A stretch of 61,590 bases of DNA, counting the filler, from Malassezia furfur (lineage: Eukaryota): assembly GCA_052055015.1 (NCBI GenBank). It is 8 parts of 8 records of this genome, joined end to end, with 100 filler letters (N's around TTAATTAATTAA, not from the genome) between each part and the next. Parts side by side here need not be neighbours in the genome. Positions count along the whole stretch, not along the records: positions 7,831 to 15,540 come from JBQJIT010000488.1; positions 15,641 to 23,287 come from JBQJIT010000490.1; 6 more parts are not named here. One strand, given 5' to 3'. The position numbers were made by a program, and so were the translations under genes. The notes below the pieces were generated by a model. That model saw nothing but the letters and a program-made list of their open reading frames with translations, was not told the origin of the DNA and did no database searches. This document shows positions 8,405-19,424 of this stretch, in pieces. Within the stretch, counting starts at the first letter, position 1. The number at the start of each line of letters is the position of its first letter.

Positions 8405-11400
8405 CTACGCGGCCTCTTCCTCGTTGCGGGGTGCGGCGTCGGTGTCGGCGTCGGCCATGGCCGCCAGCGCGCCAATGACGTCCTCGACGTCGCCGACGTG
8501 CCAGTCGGCGAGCGTGCGCTTCGACGCGGCCCCGACGGTCATCGTGAACATCTGGTCGCGGTGCAGTCGGATCTTGCGCGGGCCCTCGGAGCGCGAGGCC
8601 GTCGCGCGGTTCAGCGGCGTCGGCGGGTCGACGACGATGTTGTCGAGCGTCGGCGCGTCGTCGTCCGCGGCGGCGCCGTGCCCGTCCTCGCTGACGTCCG
8701 ACGACAGGCCCGAAAGGAAGCGGAACATGTCCTCGTCCGTCTTGTCGTCGCCCGCGCAAAAGACAAACTCCGTGTCGGGGTTGCCGTACAGGATGCGGTG
8801 CACAATCTCGCCCTTGTTGATCGCGAGCGGGCGCACCTCGACGTTCTTCTTGCCGACGACCACCTCGACCTCCAGCTCGTTCTGCGAGAGGATGTTGTCC
8901 AGGAGCGACTGGCAGTCTTTCGCCTGGAACGAGCCAAAGTCGGGGTCCGCGTTGCGGTAGTGCCACACGATCGAGCTCTTCTTTTCCTCGATCATGCTGC
9001 CGATCGTGCGGTCGGTGTAGTAGCGGAACACGTTGAGCACGTCCGACTTCCACGACATGTCCAGCTCCGCCGACAGGTTCTGCCACTTTTTGCCCGTGCC
9101 GTGCTCCTTGAAGTAGCTGCCGTGCTCGGCCGACAAACCGATCGCGGGCAGCTGGTCAAAGTGCTTGCGCAGGAACGCCTCGTCGCGCCCCGAGATGATG
9201 TACAGCACGTTGCGGGGGTCCTCGGACAGGATGCGCAGCGCGTCCAGCAAACGCTGCGACGGCACCGCACGCTCGGGGTCCTTGACAATCGGCGTGAGCG
9301 TCCCGTCGTAGTCGAGCAAGAAGAGGCGCTTGCGCGCCGGCACATACTTGCGCAGCATCGCCGCACGGTCAAACACGGGCGTCGCGTGCGCCGAGTACCG
9401 GTGGCGCAGGCGCAGCAGCATCTGCTGCACCAGCGACAGCGCCCACGTGTGCGACGTCTGCGACACCACCGCGTGATAGCACTCGCGGTGGCGCTCGGCG
9501 CGCTCGGCGTCCGACATGCGCAGGCCGTGGTCGATCGCATTGGCCACGCCGCGAATGTCCCACGGGTTGATCTGGATCGCGGCAGGCAGGCGCCCGGCCG
9601 TGCCGGTGAACTCGCTCAAGATGAGCGTGCCGCGCTGGTGGTGGTGCTGGCACACGACGTACTCCATCGACATGGTGTTCATCCCATCGCGCACCGACGT
9701 CACCAGCGCGAGGTCCGCGACCGACAACAGCGCATAGTACTCGTCGCGGTCGATCAGCTGGTGGTAGTGCTGCACGGGCGTAAAGCTCAGCGAGCCAAAG
9801 TCGCCGTTGATCAGGCTCACCAGCTCGCTCACCTCGCGCTCGAGCTTCGCCGAGGAGTTCATCGCAGGGATGGTCACCTGGATCAGCACGACCTTTTCGC
9901 GCCACGCGGGGAAGTGCAGCAGCAGCTCGTAGAACGCCTGCAGCTTTTGGATCACGCCGCGCACCACATCGAGCTTGTCGCAGCCGACCAGCACGTGCTT
10001 GTCCGCGTACAGCTCCTGCAGCTGCGCCATCTTGGGCGCAACGCCGGGCGCGCGGCTGTCGTGCTCGACGCGCGCGACGTGGATCCCGATCGGGCTGTAG
10101 GAGACGTGCGTCACGCGCCCGTTGTACGACTCGACGCTCGCGCCCTGCACCTCGAAGCCGCTGATGCGCACACAGCTCGAGATAAAGTGGCGCGCATACG
10201 AGCGGTTCTGGAACACACACAGGTCCGCGCCGAGCATCCCGTCGATCAGGTCGCGCCGCTGCGGCAGGCACCGGAAGAACTCGCTCGAGGGGAACGACGA
10301 GTGCACAAACAGGCCGATGTGCGCCTCGGGCACGCGCTTGCGCACCAGCTCGGGCACCAGCAGCAGGTGGTAGTCGTGCACCCACACAATGTCCCCGGGC
10401 TGGTACTCGGCCGCGACGCGCTCCGCAAACGCCTCGTTCACCTGCACGTACGCCTCCCAGCTGTACTGGTCCCACCGCGTGCGGTCCGCGTCGTCGCGCC
10501 ACAGCAGGTAGTGGAAGAGCGGCCAGAGCGTCGACTTGCAGTAGCCCTCGTAGTGCGCACGCCGCGTGCGGTAGTCGAGCCACACCGGCACGTACTTGAT
10601 CCCGTGCCGCGGCGGCGCCTCGACCTCCACGGCCGACGGGCCCATGCGCAGCCCGCCCTCGTGCAGCGTCCACGCGGCGCGGTCCTCGAGCGACGCCAAG
10701 ACCCGCTCCATGTCGCGCCGCTCGTCGTCCGTCGCTTGGCTCACGTCGGTGCGCATATCGTTGTGCGCCTGCGCGGCAAACAGCACATTTTCGGGGCACG
10801 CAATGTACGTCTGCGCGTGCGTCGCACACAGCGCGTACACGCCGCTGTTCATCGCCGCACTCACGCTCGTCAGCGACAGGTACCACGGCGGGCGCGTCGG
10901 CACCGTCGGCTCGGGCGGCGTCGCAGGGCTCGCCTGGTCACTGATCCCGCTCTCCTGCGGCATCCACGACGGCATGTCGATGTCCACGCTCGAGCTCGAC
11001 GTATGCGTGTAGCGCGAGTTGCGCCGCGATGCAATCGGCGAGAAACGGTCGTCCTCGGACGCCTCGCTCGTATCGTCCACCACCTCGGTCATCATCCACG
11101 CCCGCCGGCCCGCACGCCGCCGCGACCGCTCCTGGTTCTCCATCAGCTTGGTCTCGAGGTTAATGTTGTCGAGGAATGCGCTGCGCATGCCGGCAAGCGC
11201 ATTCGCTGCCGCGCCCGACGCCCGCCGCGACCGCTGGCCCCAGAAACTGCTCCGCCGCGAGTGGTGCGTCGCGGGGGGGATCGCCGCGGCGTACTGCCGC
11301 TGCAGCGCACGCTGCTCCTCTTGCGCGGCCTGCTCGGCCTCGCGCGCTTCGCGCTCCGCGCGCCGCGCACGCGCCGCCTGTGCGAGCTGCGCAACACGGT

Positions 11401-11710
11401 CAACCGCCGCGGTCTGCGCCGCAAGCCGCTCGTGGTGCTCGACCTCGGCCATCGACTGCAGCACAAACGGCATCTTGTGCGCGACATGGATGATGCGTCC
11501 ACTCAGGGGGTTGTTTGCCCGGTCAATGCGCAGCTCCCGCTCCAGCCGGTTCACGGCGTCTTGCAGCTCGTGCAGCGTCGGGAACGTCTTTCGTGGCTGC
11601 TCGTCACAGCCGGGGATCGGGCCACTGGGCTCTTCCAGCATGGGCGTGCCGGGCACGCCCTCCCGACGCTCGGCAGGGATGCTCGGCTGTGCCGCACGCT
11701 CGCTGCTCAT
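8405..11710 (-). CDS. TPS2: Trehalose-6-phosphate phosphatase (GT20-like domain plus HAD phosphatase)
   Basis: LWPLFHY, VWVHDYHLLLVP, FPSSEFFRCLP, RDGMN, LSEFTG, then HAD motifs FLLDYDGTLTP, AEHG and CAGDDKTDEDMF. Likely ATG at 11710. Confidence 0.95.
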   Translation of the reverse strand: MSSERAAQPSIPAERREGVPGTPMLEEPSGPIPGCDEQPRKTFPTLHELQDAVNRLERELRIDRANNPLSGRIIHVAHKMPFVLQSMAEVEHHERLAAQTAAVDRVAQLAQAARARRAEREAREAEQAAQEEQRALQRQYAAAIPPATHHSRRSSFWGQRSRRASGAAANALAGMRSAFLDNINLETKLMENQERSRRRAGRRAWMMTEVVDDTSEASEDDRFSPIASRRNSRYTHTSSSSVDIDMPSWMPQESGISDQASPATPPEPTVPTRPPWYLSLTSVSAAMNSGVYALCATHAQTYIACPENVLFAAQAHNDMRTDVSQATDDERRDMERVLASLEDRAAWTLHEGGLRMGPSAVEVEAPPRHGIKYVPVWLDYRTRRAHYEGYCKSTLWPLFHYLLWRDDADRTRWDQYSWEAYVQVNEAFAERVAAEYQPGDIVWVHDYHLLLVPELVRKRVPEAHIGLFVHSSFPSSEFFRCLPQRRDLIDGMLGADLCVFQNRSYARHFISSCVRISGFEVQGASVESYNGRVTHVSYSPIGIHVARVEHDSRAPGVAPKMAQLQELYADKHVLVGCDKLDVVRGVIQKLQAFYELLLHFPAWREKVVLIQVTIPAMNSSAKLEREVSELVSLINGDFGSLSFTPVQHYHQLIDRDEYYALLSVADLALVTSVRDGMNTMSMEYVVCQHHHQRGTLILSEFTGTAGRLPAAIQINPWDIRGVANAIDHGLRMSDAERAERHRECYHAVVSQTSHTWALSLVQQMLLRLRHRYSAHATPVFDRAAMLRKYVPARKRLFLLDYDGTLTPIVKDPERAVPSQRLLDALRILSEDPRNVLYIISGRDEAFLRKHFDQLPAIGLSAEHGSYFKEHGTGKKWQNLSAELDMSWKSDVLNVFRYYTDRTIGSMIEEKKSSIVWHYRNADPDFGSFQAKDCQSLLDNILSQNELEVEVVVGKKNVEVRPLAINKGEIVHRILYGNPDTEFVFCAGDDKTDEDMFRFLSGLSSDVSEDGHGAAADDDAPTLDNIVVDPPTPLNRATASRSEGPRKIRLHRDQMFTMTVGAASKRTLADWHVGDVEDVIGALAAMADADTDAAPRNEEEAA

Positions 11711-11832
11711 CGCTCGCTCCGCACTCGCCAAGCTGAGGGGGAACCCGCTTTCAGGTGGAGGTTCGCCGGTGCGGGGCGCTGGCACCCGTCTGCTTGCTGC
11801 CGGGTGGGGGGGATAGCAGCGAGAGGTGCTGA

Positions 11833-13759
11833 CTAAGCTACGGACGTGGGCTGCGTAGGGGTAAAGACCGGCAGCGGGTGCGCCTCGGTGTTGAACACCC
11901 ACGCGTCGAACGACACGGTGTGCCGCGGCGAAAACAGCAGGTAGAGGTACTTGAGCGTCTCCGAGAGCCAGAACGTCTCCATGCGGTCCACCTGCTGGGG
12001 GTGCTCGGCGTCCACGTCGTCGATCCCGGCATATCCGCCGCGGCCCCCGTCGACTTGCCCATAGCGCTCAAACGCCTCAAAGATCTGCCAGCCCCACGTG
12101 CGGTACACCTCGTCGCCCGTCAGCTGGTACGCAATGTACAGCGACTCGACCGTCTCGGGCCGCAGGATGTTGCGCGCATCGATCGGCGGAGCCTCCTCTG
12201 TTTCGCGCGCCCTGCACCGTCAGTGTCTTCCACAGATACGCACCGCTTCACCATCCAGTCGCGCGCGTCCGGCTCGCCCACGTCGGGCGGCAAATAAAAC
12301 ACAATCTCGGCGCCGAGGCCCGTGCGCGAGCGCGTATACGTGTCGACACACGCGCGCGTCAGCTCATGGCCCACGCGCCAGTCTTCGATGGCCGCACGCG
12401 TCGCATTGCGCGCCGAGCGCGGCGGCGCAAGCGTACCGGGCAGCGACGCAGCCGCGCCCAGCATCATCGTGCCGCCCAGGAAGCACACAAGATGGTCCTG
12501 CTTCGGCACCTTGTGCCACGTCGGGCCCTCGGGACCGGGCCGCGGCACCAGCTCGATCGTGTGCACCAGCGGCGGGTCCTGCCGCGTGCTCAGCGCAAGC
12601 AGCCCCGCCTTGATCCCGTCAAAGGCGTACTCGTACATCGCACGGTACACGTCCTCGGTGCGGTTCGTCTGCAGGTACTGCTTCACGAGGTACTCGTAGT
12701 ACGAGTCGCCACGCGAGCCCAACCGGATGTCGGTTATGTAAAACTGGCCCGTCTCGACACTGCGTCAGTCGCGTCGACCCACCTCATCAGAATCGGCAGG
12801 ATGCCCAGCGTCGGCGGCTGGCTCATCGCCCGTGCGTACTGCATCGGCCGCTCGGCCGCGCGCCAGTACGTGGGATTGTTGGTGAGGTGCGACAGGTACT
12901 TGAACTCGAGCTGCACCGTCGTCGCCTCGGCCAGGCTGCTCGCATTGTAGTTGTCCGTGTCGGGGAACGCCTCGCCCGTCACCAGATCCACCTCGCGCAG
13001 CGGGATTCCCGACGGCGTCGCAAACGCGGGCAGCAGCCGGTCGGCCAGGTCCACGGCTTTTTCGAGAAAGAGGTCCGCGTCCTCGGCCGGCGCATGCAGC
13101 GCGCCCGGCGGCGGATCACGCACGAGCGCCGTGGCAGAAAGCAGGCCGCCCAGCACACGGATCGTCGTCTCAAACACGTTCAGGCGGCCTTCGATGCCCC
13201 AGTCGAGCTCGTCGCGGATCCAGTCCCGCGCATGGGCGTACGCCTCCGTCTCGTTCAGCAGGATGAGCATGTCGAGCGCATCGATGATCGTGTACCCGAG
13301 CGGGCGGTTGTCGCCCAGCAGATTGCTGCCGGAGCGCGACAGGGGGTGGAATTCGTCGAGGCCCCAAGCGTACTTCTCGTACGCCGCCCACGACTGCCGG
13401 AAGGCGGTGTGCACCGCCTCGCGCTTCGCGTCGTCCGCACCGTCCACGGGGTGGTCGGGGATGCGGTGCACGGGCGGCAGGCGGAACGGCACCTTCATCG
13501 TGCGTGCCTCCGACGTGGTCGCCTGCTGTGCCGCCGATGCCGAGGGCATTGCGGACGACGATGTCGACGACGACGACGCGGACGAAGACGGGGCCGGCAC
13601 ACCCAGCTCGGGCTCTGGCTCGTCCATCGCAAAGTACGCGGCGATCGCTAGTAGCACACCAGCACCTGCGAGCAGGAGCGAACGGCGGAGCGACCACGCC
13701 GTCGGCGTGCGCGGCGTCGGCGCCGCGTCACTCGGTCGCGCAGCGCGGTGGTGGGCCAT
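11833..13759 (-). CDS. MNS1: ER alpha-1,2-mannosidase, GH47, type II membrane protein; introns 12760-12782 (23 nt) and 12212-12243 (32 nt)
   Basis: N-terminal TM helix, AWGLDEFHPLS, NVFETTIRVLGGLLSA, LEFKYLS, GSRGDSYYEYL, DHLVCFLGG, NILRPE (restored by splicing), METFWLSETLKYLYLLF, VFNTEAHPLP. Confidence 0.94.
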
Positions 13760-13914
13760 GACGAGCCGCACGACCTCCACTCCTTCCGGCTGCCAACGTC
13801 GCGGTTTAGTCAGGCGCTCGCCGCACTTGCGTGGATTTCGCGGCGGACGCGGTGTGCTCCACACACCCCACCCCGCGGACGCGGGTGCGCACACCGGCGG
13901 AGAGACACCGCGCG

Positions 13915-15318
13915 ATGATCTCGGTGCGTGCACAACGCCCAGGCACGCATACTTACGCAGGGATTCTTCTTGTTCAATTTGGGAGGCGATCTGCTTATCT
14001 CGCGCCTGTTCCGCAGCGATCTCAGGTACGCCGCCGGCGCACGCCCCACTGACCACGCAGGCGCGGGATCCCGGACGCGTTCCGCGCGCACGTCCTGCCC
14101 ACGGCCGACACCGCCGTTCCGATCGTGACGCTCGGCAGCACGAGTTTCCTATGGGTGCGCGAAGAAGACGTTTACCTCGTCGCCGTGACGCGGTGCAACG
14201 CAAACGCCGCGCTCGTGTTCGAATTCTTGTACCGCTTCCAGTCGATCTGGCGCACGTCGTTCCGCGCGCCGCTGTGCGAAGAGACGGTCAAGAAAAACTT
14301 TGCGCTCGTGTACGAGCTGCTGGATGAAATCGTGGATTTCGGATACCCCCAGAACAGCGAAATGAACGCACTCAAGATGTACACGGCGAACGACGACCTG
14401 CGCCTCGACGACGGGTTCCATGGCGACGACCTGTTCTGGAGCATATCGCCGCCGTCGCACCAGCAGCAGCAGCAGAAGCAGCAGCAGCAGAATATCTCCT
14501 GGCGAAGACCCGACGTGCGGTACCGCAAGAACGAATGCTACGTCGACGTCATCGAGACGATGCACGTCCTCCTCAGCAGCGACGGCACGCTGCTGCGCTC
14601 CAATGTCGACGGCCAGGTGATGATGCGCGCGTACCTGAGCGGCATGCCGGAATGCAGCGTCGGGCTCAGCACCGAGGTCGGCATCGATACGTCGCCGCGC
14701 CCAAGTGCGTCGACGCTACCCACGACCTCGGCCGTAAAGCTGAGCGACTGCTCCTTCCACCCGTGCGTGCAGCTCGACTCGCTCGAGCGCGACCGCAGCA
14801 TCCACTTTGTGCCGCTCGACGGCGACTTTGAGCTGATGCGCTACCGCGCGACCGACCACATCCAGCTCCCGCTCGAGGTGCGCGCGACCGTCGAAGAGGT
14901 GCGCGACCAGCGCGTGGTGTACACGGTGCACGTCCGCGCGACGCTCGAGCCGCACCTGCACGCGAACCAGGTCACCGTCTGCATCCCGACGCCCCGCAAC
15001 GCCGCGCGCGCGCGGTGCTCGACGCAGACGGGGCGCGCCAAGCTCGAGGCGGAGGAGCACGCCATCGTATGGCGCCTGCCCAAGGTGCCGGGGCGCACCG
15101 AGCACGTCTTGCACGCCGAGGCGACGCTCGTGCCCGCGACGCAGCTCGCGCAGCCGTGGATCCGGCCGCCGATCGACGTGCACTTTTCCGTGCTGATGTT
15201 CGTCGCCTCGGGCTTCGGCATCCGCTACCTCAAAGTCACGGAAAAGAGCCAGTACCGCAGCGTCAAGTGGGTACGCTACATGACCCGCGCCGCGGGCTCC
15301 TACCAGGTCCGTATCTAG
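13915..15318 (+). CDS. APM4: AP-2 clathrin adaptor mu subunit; two 5' introns (first 13924-13960)
   Basis: Spliced N-terminus MISGFFLFN.GGDLLISRLFRSD. Also NFALVYELLDEIVDFGYPQ, SWRRPDVRYRKNE, MRAYLSGMPEC, FHPCVQL and SVKWVRYMTRAAGSYQVR. Confidence 0.93.
14461..14490 (+). repeat. Imperfect (CAG)n microsatellite encoding poly-Gln inside the mu-adaptin linker
   Basis: cagcagcagcagcagaagcagcagcagcag = QQQQQKQQQQ. Confidence 0.85.
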
Positions 15319-15324
15319 CACACG

Positions 15325-15485
15325 TTAGGCACCCGCCAGGCGCCACCGCGCAAACTCGGCCTCGCCAAAGCGCAGCAGCGACATGGTGCCCTGGTCGACG
15401 ATCGCCACCACCACGCTGCACCGCCCCGCCTTGAGCGGCAGGTAGACGTTGCCGACGGGCTTTTTGGGCGCACGCACCGCGCCGC
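15325..15485 (-). CDS. SEN54: C-terminal fragment resembling tRNA-splicing endonuclease subunit Sen54 (not in the ORF track)
   Basis: Manual translation gives ...KKPVGNVYLPLKAGRCSVVVAIVDQGTMSLLRFGEAEFARWRLAGA*, resembling the fungal Sen54 C-terminal LKxG...AVVDQG..S.LR pattern. Its stop lies 6 bp from the APM4 stop. Confidence 0.55.
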
Positions 15486-15540
15486 ACGCTCGTGCCCGCG
15501 ACGCAGCTCGCGCAGCCGTGGATCCGGCCGCCGATCGACG

Positions 15541-15640
15541 NNNNNNNNNNNNNNNNNNNNNNNNNNNNNNNNNNNNNNNNNNNNTTAATTAATTAANNNN
15601 NNNNNNNNNNNNNNNNNNNNNNNNNNNNNNNNNNNNNNNN
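15541..15640. other. Artificial contig-joining spacer
   Basis: N-run/TTAATTAATTAA/N-run, 100 bp. Confidence 0.98.
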
Positions 15641-15813
15641 CGATGCGGCGCCGGCGCCCAGCGAGCCGCTCGAGGCGGTGCGCGGCCCAATTGAGGCGGC
15701 CGTGCCGCCGCCCGAGCCTGTGGCGTCCACGCCTCCCGATGAATCCGAGGCAGCCCCGTCGGAATCCTCCCAGAAAGACAAGGGCAAGGGCAAGGGCAAG
15801 AGCCGTGCGTAGT
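15641..15813 (+). CDS. 3' fragment of an unknown protein
   Basis: Low-complexity frame ...DAAPAPSEPLEAVRGPIEAAVPPPEPVASTPPDESEAAPSESSQKDKGKGKGKSRA* starting at the contig edge. Confidence 0.4.
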
Positions 15814-15996
15814 AGGTGTATAGGCCCAGGCCGCCGCGTGCGCACAGACCGCTCCACGTGGTCGACCGGCGGAGGGACCGGTGGTCTGTTCGCCGCCCCG
15901 CAGACCGGTGCCCGTGCACGTGATGCCGAAGTCTCCCGGTTCCGGCCGCAAACCCGGGGCCACCTTCTTCCCCCACACATACGAACTTAAGATACA

Positions 15997-16995
15997 ATGG
16001 TGAAGGCTACGGTTATTGGTGCTGCTGGTGGTATTGGCCAGCCCCTCTCGCTTCTGCTCAAGCAGTCGCCGCTGGTGACGGAGCTGTCGCTCTACGATGT
16101 GGTGAACACTCCCGGTGTCGCCATGGACCTGTCGCACATCAACACCCCCGCGCCGGTGACGGGCTTCACGCCGCAGGATGACGGTCTGGCCAAGGCGCTG
16201 AAGGGCACGGAGGTCGTGGTGATCCCCGCCGGCATGCCGCGCAAGCCCGGCATGACCCGTGACGACCTGTTCAACGCGAACGCCTCGATTGTGCACGACA
16301 TTGCCGAGGCGATCGCCAAGAACGCGCCCAAGGCGTTTGTGCTGGTCATCTCGAACCCTGTCAACTCGACGGTGCCGATCGTCGCCGAGGTGTTCAAGAA
16401 GGAGGGTGTGTATGACCCCAAGCGCCTGTTTGGTGTGACGACCCTCGACGTGGTCCGCGCCGCGACCTTTGTGTCGGAGGCTGCCGGCAAGCCGCTCGAC
16501 GCGGGCAAGTACCATGTGCCCGTGGTGGGTGGTCACTCGGGTGTGACCATCATCCCCCTCCTGTCGCAGACGAAGCCCTCGTTCTCGGCGAGCGAGAAGG
16601 AGATTGGTGAGATCACGCACCACATCCAGTTCGGTGGTGACGAGGTCGTCCAGGCCAAGGAGTCCAAGGGCAGTGCGACGCTGTCGATGGCCTACGCCGG
16701 TGCGCGCTTCGCGCTTGCGCTGATCGAGGCGTTGGCGGGCAAGACCTCGGAGCTGCCCGAGTACTCGTACGTGGACCTCAGCGCGGACGCCGAGGGCGCC
16801 AAGGCGGTCACCGAGGTGATTGGCACCAACACGCCCTTCTTCTCGGTGCCGCTCACGCTCGGCAAGAACGGTGTGGAGAAGATCCACTCGCTCGGCAAGC
16901 TGTCCTCGTTCGAGAGCGAGGCGCTCAAGAAGGCCGTGGATGCGCTCGGTGACAACATCACCAAGGGCATCTCGTTCAAGGCGAACAAGCTCTAA
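15997..16995 (+). CDS. NAD-dependent malate dehydrogenase with no mitochondrial leader (cytosolic/peroxisomal type)
   Basis: [77 protein letters not shown]. Ends in ANKL. Confidence 0.97.
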   Translation: MVKATVIGAAGGIGQPLSLLLKQSPLVTELSLYDVVNTPGVAMDLSHINTPAPVTGFTPQDDGLAKALKGTEVVVIPAGMPRKPGMTRDDLFNANASIVHDIAEAIAKNAPKAFVLVISNPVNSTVPIVAEVFKKEGVYDPKRLFGVTTLDVVRAATFVSEAAGKPLDAGKYHVPVVGGHSGVTIIPLLSQTKPSFSASEKEIGEITHHIQFGGDEVVQAKESKGSATLSMAYAGARFALALIEALAGKTSELPEYSYVDLSADAEGAKAVTEVIGTNTPFFSVPLTLGKNGVEKIHSLGKLSSFESEALKKAVDALGDNITKGISFKANKL

Positions 16996-17051
16996 AAGGA
17001 TAGCGCTCCATAGAGACGACACGACGTTTTAGTCATCCTACCGTGGCCGCC

Positions 17052-19424
17052 ATGCCGTCCGTGCAGGACGACCGTGCGGCGTGGCTCGCAGACGCTGTGC
17101 GCGTGCCGCCTAGCGCGCCCACCGAGGCGACTGGCGCATGGTCGCAGCGCCTCTCGGAGCGGGGCGCTCCGGACCTGGCGCACGTCGCTGCGGCGCTGCG
17201 CTCGCTGGCCGACGACGTGCGCGAGCAGCAAACCGCGCTCACCTCGAAGCTGAGCGCGCAGATGAACGTCGCGCGCACCGTCGCTTCCGAGGCCGCCGAC
17301 GAAGCCGAGCACCTTGCGCGCGACACGCAGTCGCTGCGCGCGGCACTCGAGCACACCCAGCACACGCTCGTCGCCAAAACCCCGGCTTCGGGTACGGCCG
17401 AAGCCGCGGCGCTCGCCGAGCTGCACCGCCTTGCGCAGGTCAAGCACCGCATGCAGGCGGCGCGCGACACGCTGCGTGCATCCGAGTCCTGGTCTTCGGT
17501 CGAGTCTGAGGTCGATGGACACCTCGCACAGGGCGACTGGGAACGTGCGGCGCTGCGTCTCGTCGGCATGGAGCAGACGCTGAGCCACTTTGACGCCTCG
17601 AGCGAGTACGTCGCCGCGAAACGCATGCTGCTCAATCGCCTCCTTGACACGCTCGACGAGGCGGTCGCCGGCGCGCTCGCAACCGCCGTGCGCGCCGAGG
17701 ACACCGACGCCGTCGTTCGCTGCGCCCGCGTGTATACCAGCGTGCACCGCGCGCCGGTGTTTGTCGCGCGGTACACAGAGCTGCGCACGCAGCCGCTTAG
17801 CGATGCCTGGGACGCCGCGCCGGACCGTGTCGCAGGGCTGTGTGCCGCGCTGTGTGCCCTGGCCGACGCCGAGCGGGGGCAGTTGGCGCCGCGCCTCTTC
17901 CAGGACGTGAATGCCGCCGTGGACGTCGTGCTGACGGCCGCCGCAGAGCGCCTCCCGCTGCGCGCACACGTCGAGCGCCTTGCGTCGCCCGCCACGTTCC
18001 CCGCACTCGTCCAGGCGTACAGCGACCTGGCAGCGACGTGCAAAGCCATCGCCGCGCCTGCCGCGCACGACCCCACGCCCGATGCACCGATACCCCTGGA
18101 CGCACTGCCGCCTGCGCGCGCGTGGCGTGCCCAGGTGCTGGGCGTGTTTGCGCCGCATCAGGCCGTGTACGGCACACTCGAGGCTGCGCACCTCGAGCAC
18201 GCCTTCGAGGCGACGCGCGCAGCCTTTGAAGCGCGCCGCGACCGTGCCTATGTGCAGACGGCAGATGGGCACCCGGGCGCGTGGGCCGCGTGCATGCAGG
18301 ACATGGCCGTGCTCAGCCGCGACCAGGTCGATGCGTGTGTCGAGCTGGCGCGCGCCGCGAGCGAGCGCGCACAGGCGTTTGCGCACGGCGCCGACGTGCT
18401 GGACGTGCTGCAGGACGCACTGCTGCCGGCGCTGTCGGCGCGCCTAGGCAGCGCCTGGGAGCAAGTGCGTGCACGCCATGCGCAGCACATCCGCGCGCAG
18501 GCACTCAGCGACCCTGCCCAGCTGCTTGCCGAAGACATGGACCCGATCCCGGACTGGGACGTGGTGCACGCGAGCGTCCAGGTGATGCAGATCGGTCCAC
18601 GCCTCGATACAGCCTTGCATACGCTGCAGGCGGCGCTGCTTGCGCACGCCGCACACGATGCCGCGGCGCTCGAGCGCCTTCGCGCCCATACCCCCCCGCT
18701 CGTGGCGCCGCCCGCCCTGGCGCGCGCGGCGCACGCGCTGGTGCTTGCGCAGCTGCTGAGTGCGTTCCGTGTGCACCTCGAGGCATACAGCACACATGGC
18801 CAGATCTATGCGCCGCCAACGGAGCAAAAGGCCGAGGTGCACATCCCTTCGTTTAGCCGCAGCCCGACCGAGGCCATGGTCAAACTCGGCGAGGGACTGC
18901 TCAACCTGCCGCGCCTGCTCGAGACGCTCGTGGAGCGCGAGCTGCGCGTGTTCTCGTACGAGGTGGATGCGCTGCCGTACGCACACGACGATGCCGAGAC
19001 GCATGTGCCGCCCCAGCGCGCCATGAGCACACACCGCGCGCTGTCCATGTCGCTGCTGACGCATGCGCCCGATGCGCGTCCGACGCCCACAGCAGCGGCG
19101 CCTGCGGAGGCAGCGACAGACGGCGCGCCGACGGCGTACACGGCGGAGCATGTGCTCTCGCTGTGGCTGCGCTCGCTCACCTCGACGCTGCTTGTCGAGC
19201 TGCAGGGCAAGCTGCCGCGCATGGCGCGCGACGCGCGCTGCGACCGTGCGCAGCTCGCGGCCGACGTCGAGTACCTCGGCACAATCGCGTCGGCGCTCAA
19301 TGCGTCCTCGCCGGAGCTGCGCGCGTGGGCGCAGGTGCTGACGCTGACGCCGGGGGCGGCGCGTGCGCTACCTGCGGAGCATGCGTTGCGTGCGTCAGCG
19401 GCATACGCCGCGGTATTTTCGTAG
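17052..19424 (+). CDS. COG7: Conserved oligomeric Golgi complex subunit 7-like protein
   Basis: Long helical ORF with LAQVKHRMQAARDTLRASESWS, FSRSPTEAMVKLGEGLLNLPRLLE and AQLAADVEYL, recognised as COG7-type blocks. Confidence 0.7.
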   Translation: MPSVQDDRAAWLADAVRVPPSAPTEATGAWSQRLSERGAPDLAHVAAALRSLADDVREQQTALTSKLSAQMNVARTVASEAADEAEHLARDTQSLRAALEHTQHTLVAKTPASGTAEAAALAELHRLAQVKHRMQAARDTLRASESWSSVESEVDGHLAQGDWERAALRLVGMEQTLSHFDASSEYVAAKRMLLNRLLDTLDEAVAGALATAVRAEDTDAVVRCARVYTSVHRAPVFVARYTELRTQPLSDAWDAAPDRVAGLCAALCALADAERGQLAPRLFQDVNAAVDVVLTAAAERLPLRAHVERLASPATFPALVQAYSDLAATCKAIAAPAAHDPTPDAPIPLDALPPARAWRAQVLGVFAPHQAVYGTLEAAHLEHAFEATRAAFEARRDRAYVQTADGHPGAWAACMQDMAVLSRDQVDACVELARAASERAQAFAHGADVLDVLQDALLPALSARLGSAWEQVRARHAQHIRAQALSDPAQLLAEDMDPIPDWDVVHASVQVMQIGPRLDTALHTLQAALLAHAAHDAAALERLRAHTPPLVAPPALARAAHALVLAQLLSAFRVHLEAYSTHGQIYAPPTEQKAEVHIPSFSRSPTEAMVKLGEGLLNLPRLLETLVERELRVFSYEVDALPYAHDDAETHVPPQRAMSTHRALSMSLLTHAPDARPTPTAAAPAEAATDGAPTAYTAEHVLSLWLRSLTSTLLVELQGKLPRMARDARCDRAQLAADVEYLGTIASALNASSPELRAWAQVLTLTPGAARALPAEHALRASAAYAAVFS

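Noticed and set aside
8390..11836. Very long antisense or alternative-frame ORFs (e.g. 8390-11836 +, 5629-7782 +, 21252-23156 +, 55309-57063 -, 57663-60119 -, 2041-3570 -)
   Set aside because: These are shadow ORFs opposite well-supported genes. High GC3 depletes stops on the opposite strand, and the translations have no recognisable motifs.
11711..11902. Apparent overlap of the TPS2 ORF 5' extension with the MNS1 3' end
   Set aside because: The ORF track starts at a non-ATG codon. The first plausible ATG is 11710, leaving a 122-bp gap.
15486..15540. 55-bp exact direct repeat of APM4 coding sequence (15124-15178) at the contig end
   Set aside because: It sits at the contig terminus and interrupts the Sen54-like frame. 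Most likely an assembly or chimeric-read artefact, not a biological repeat.
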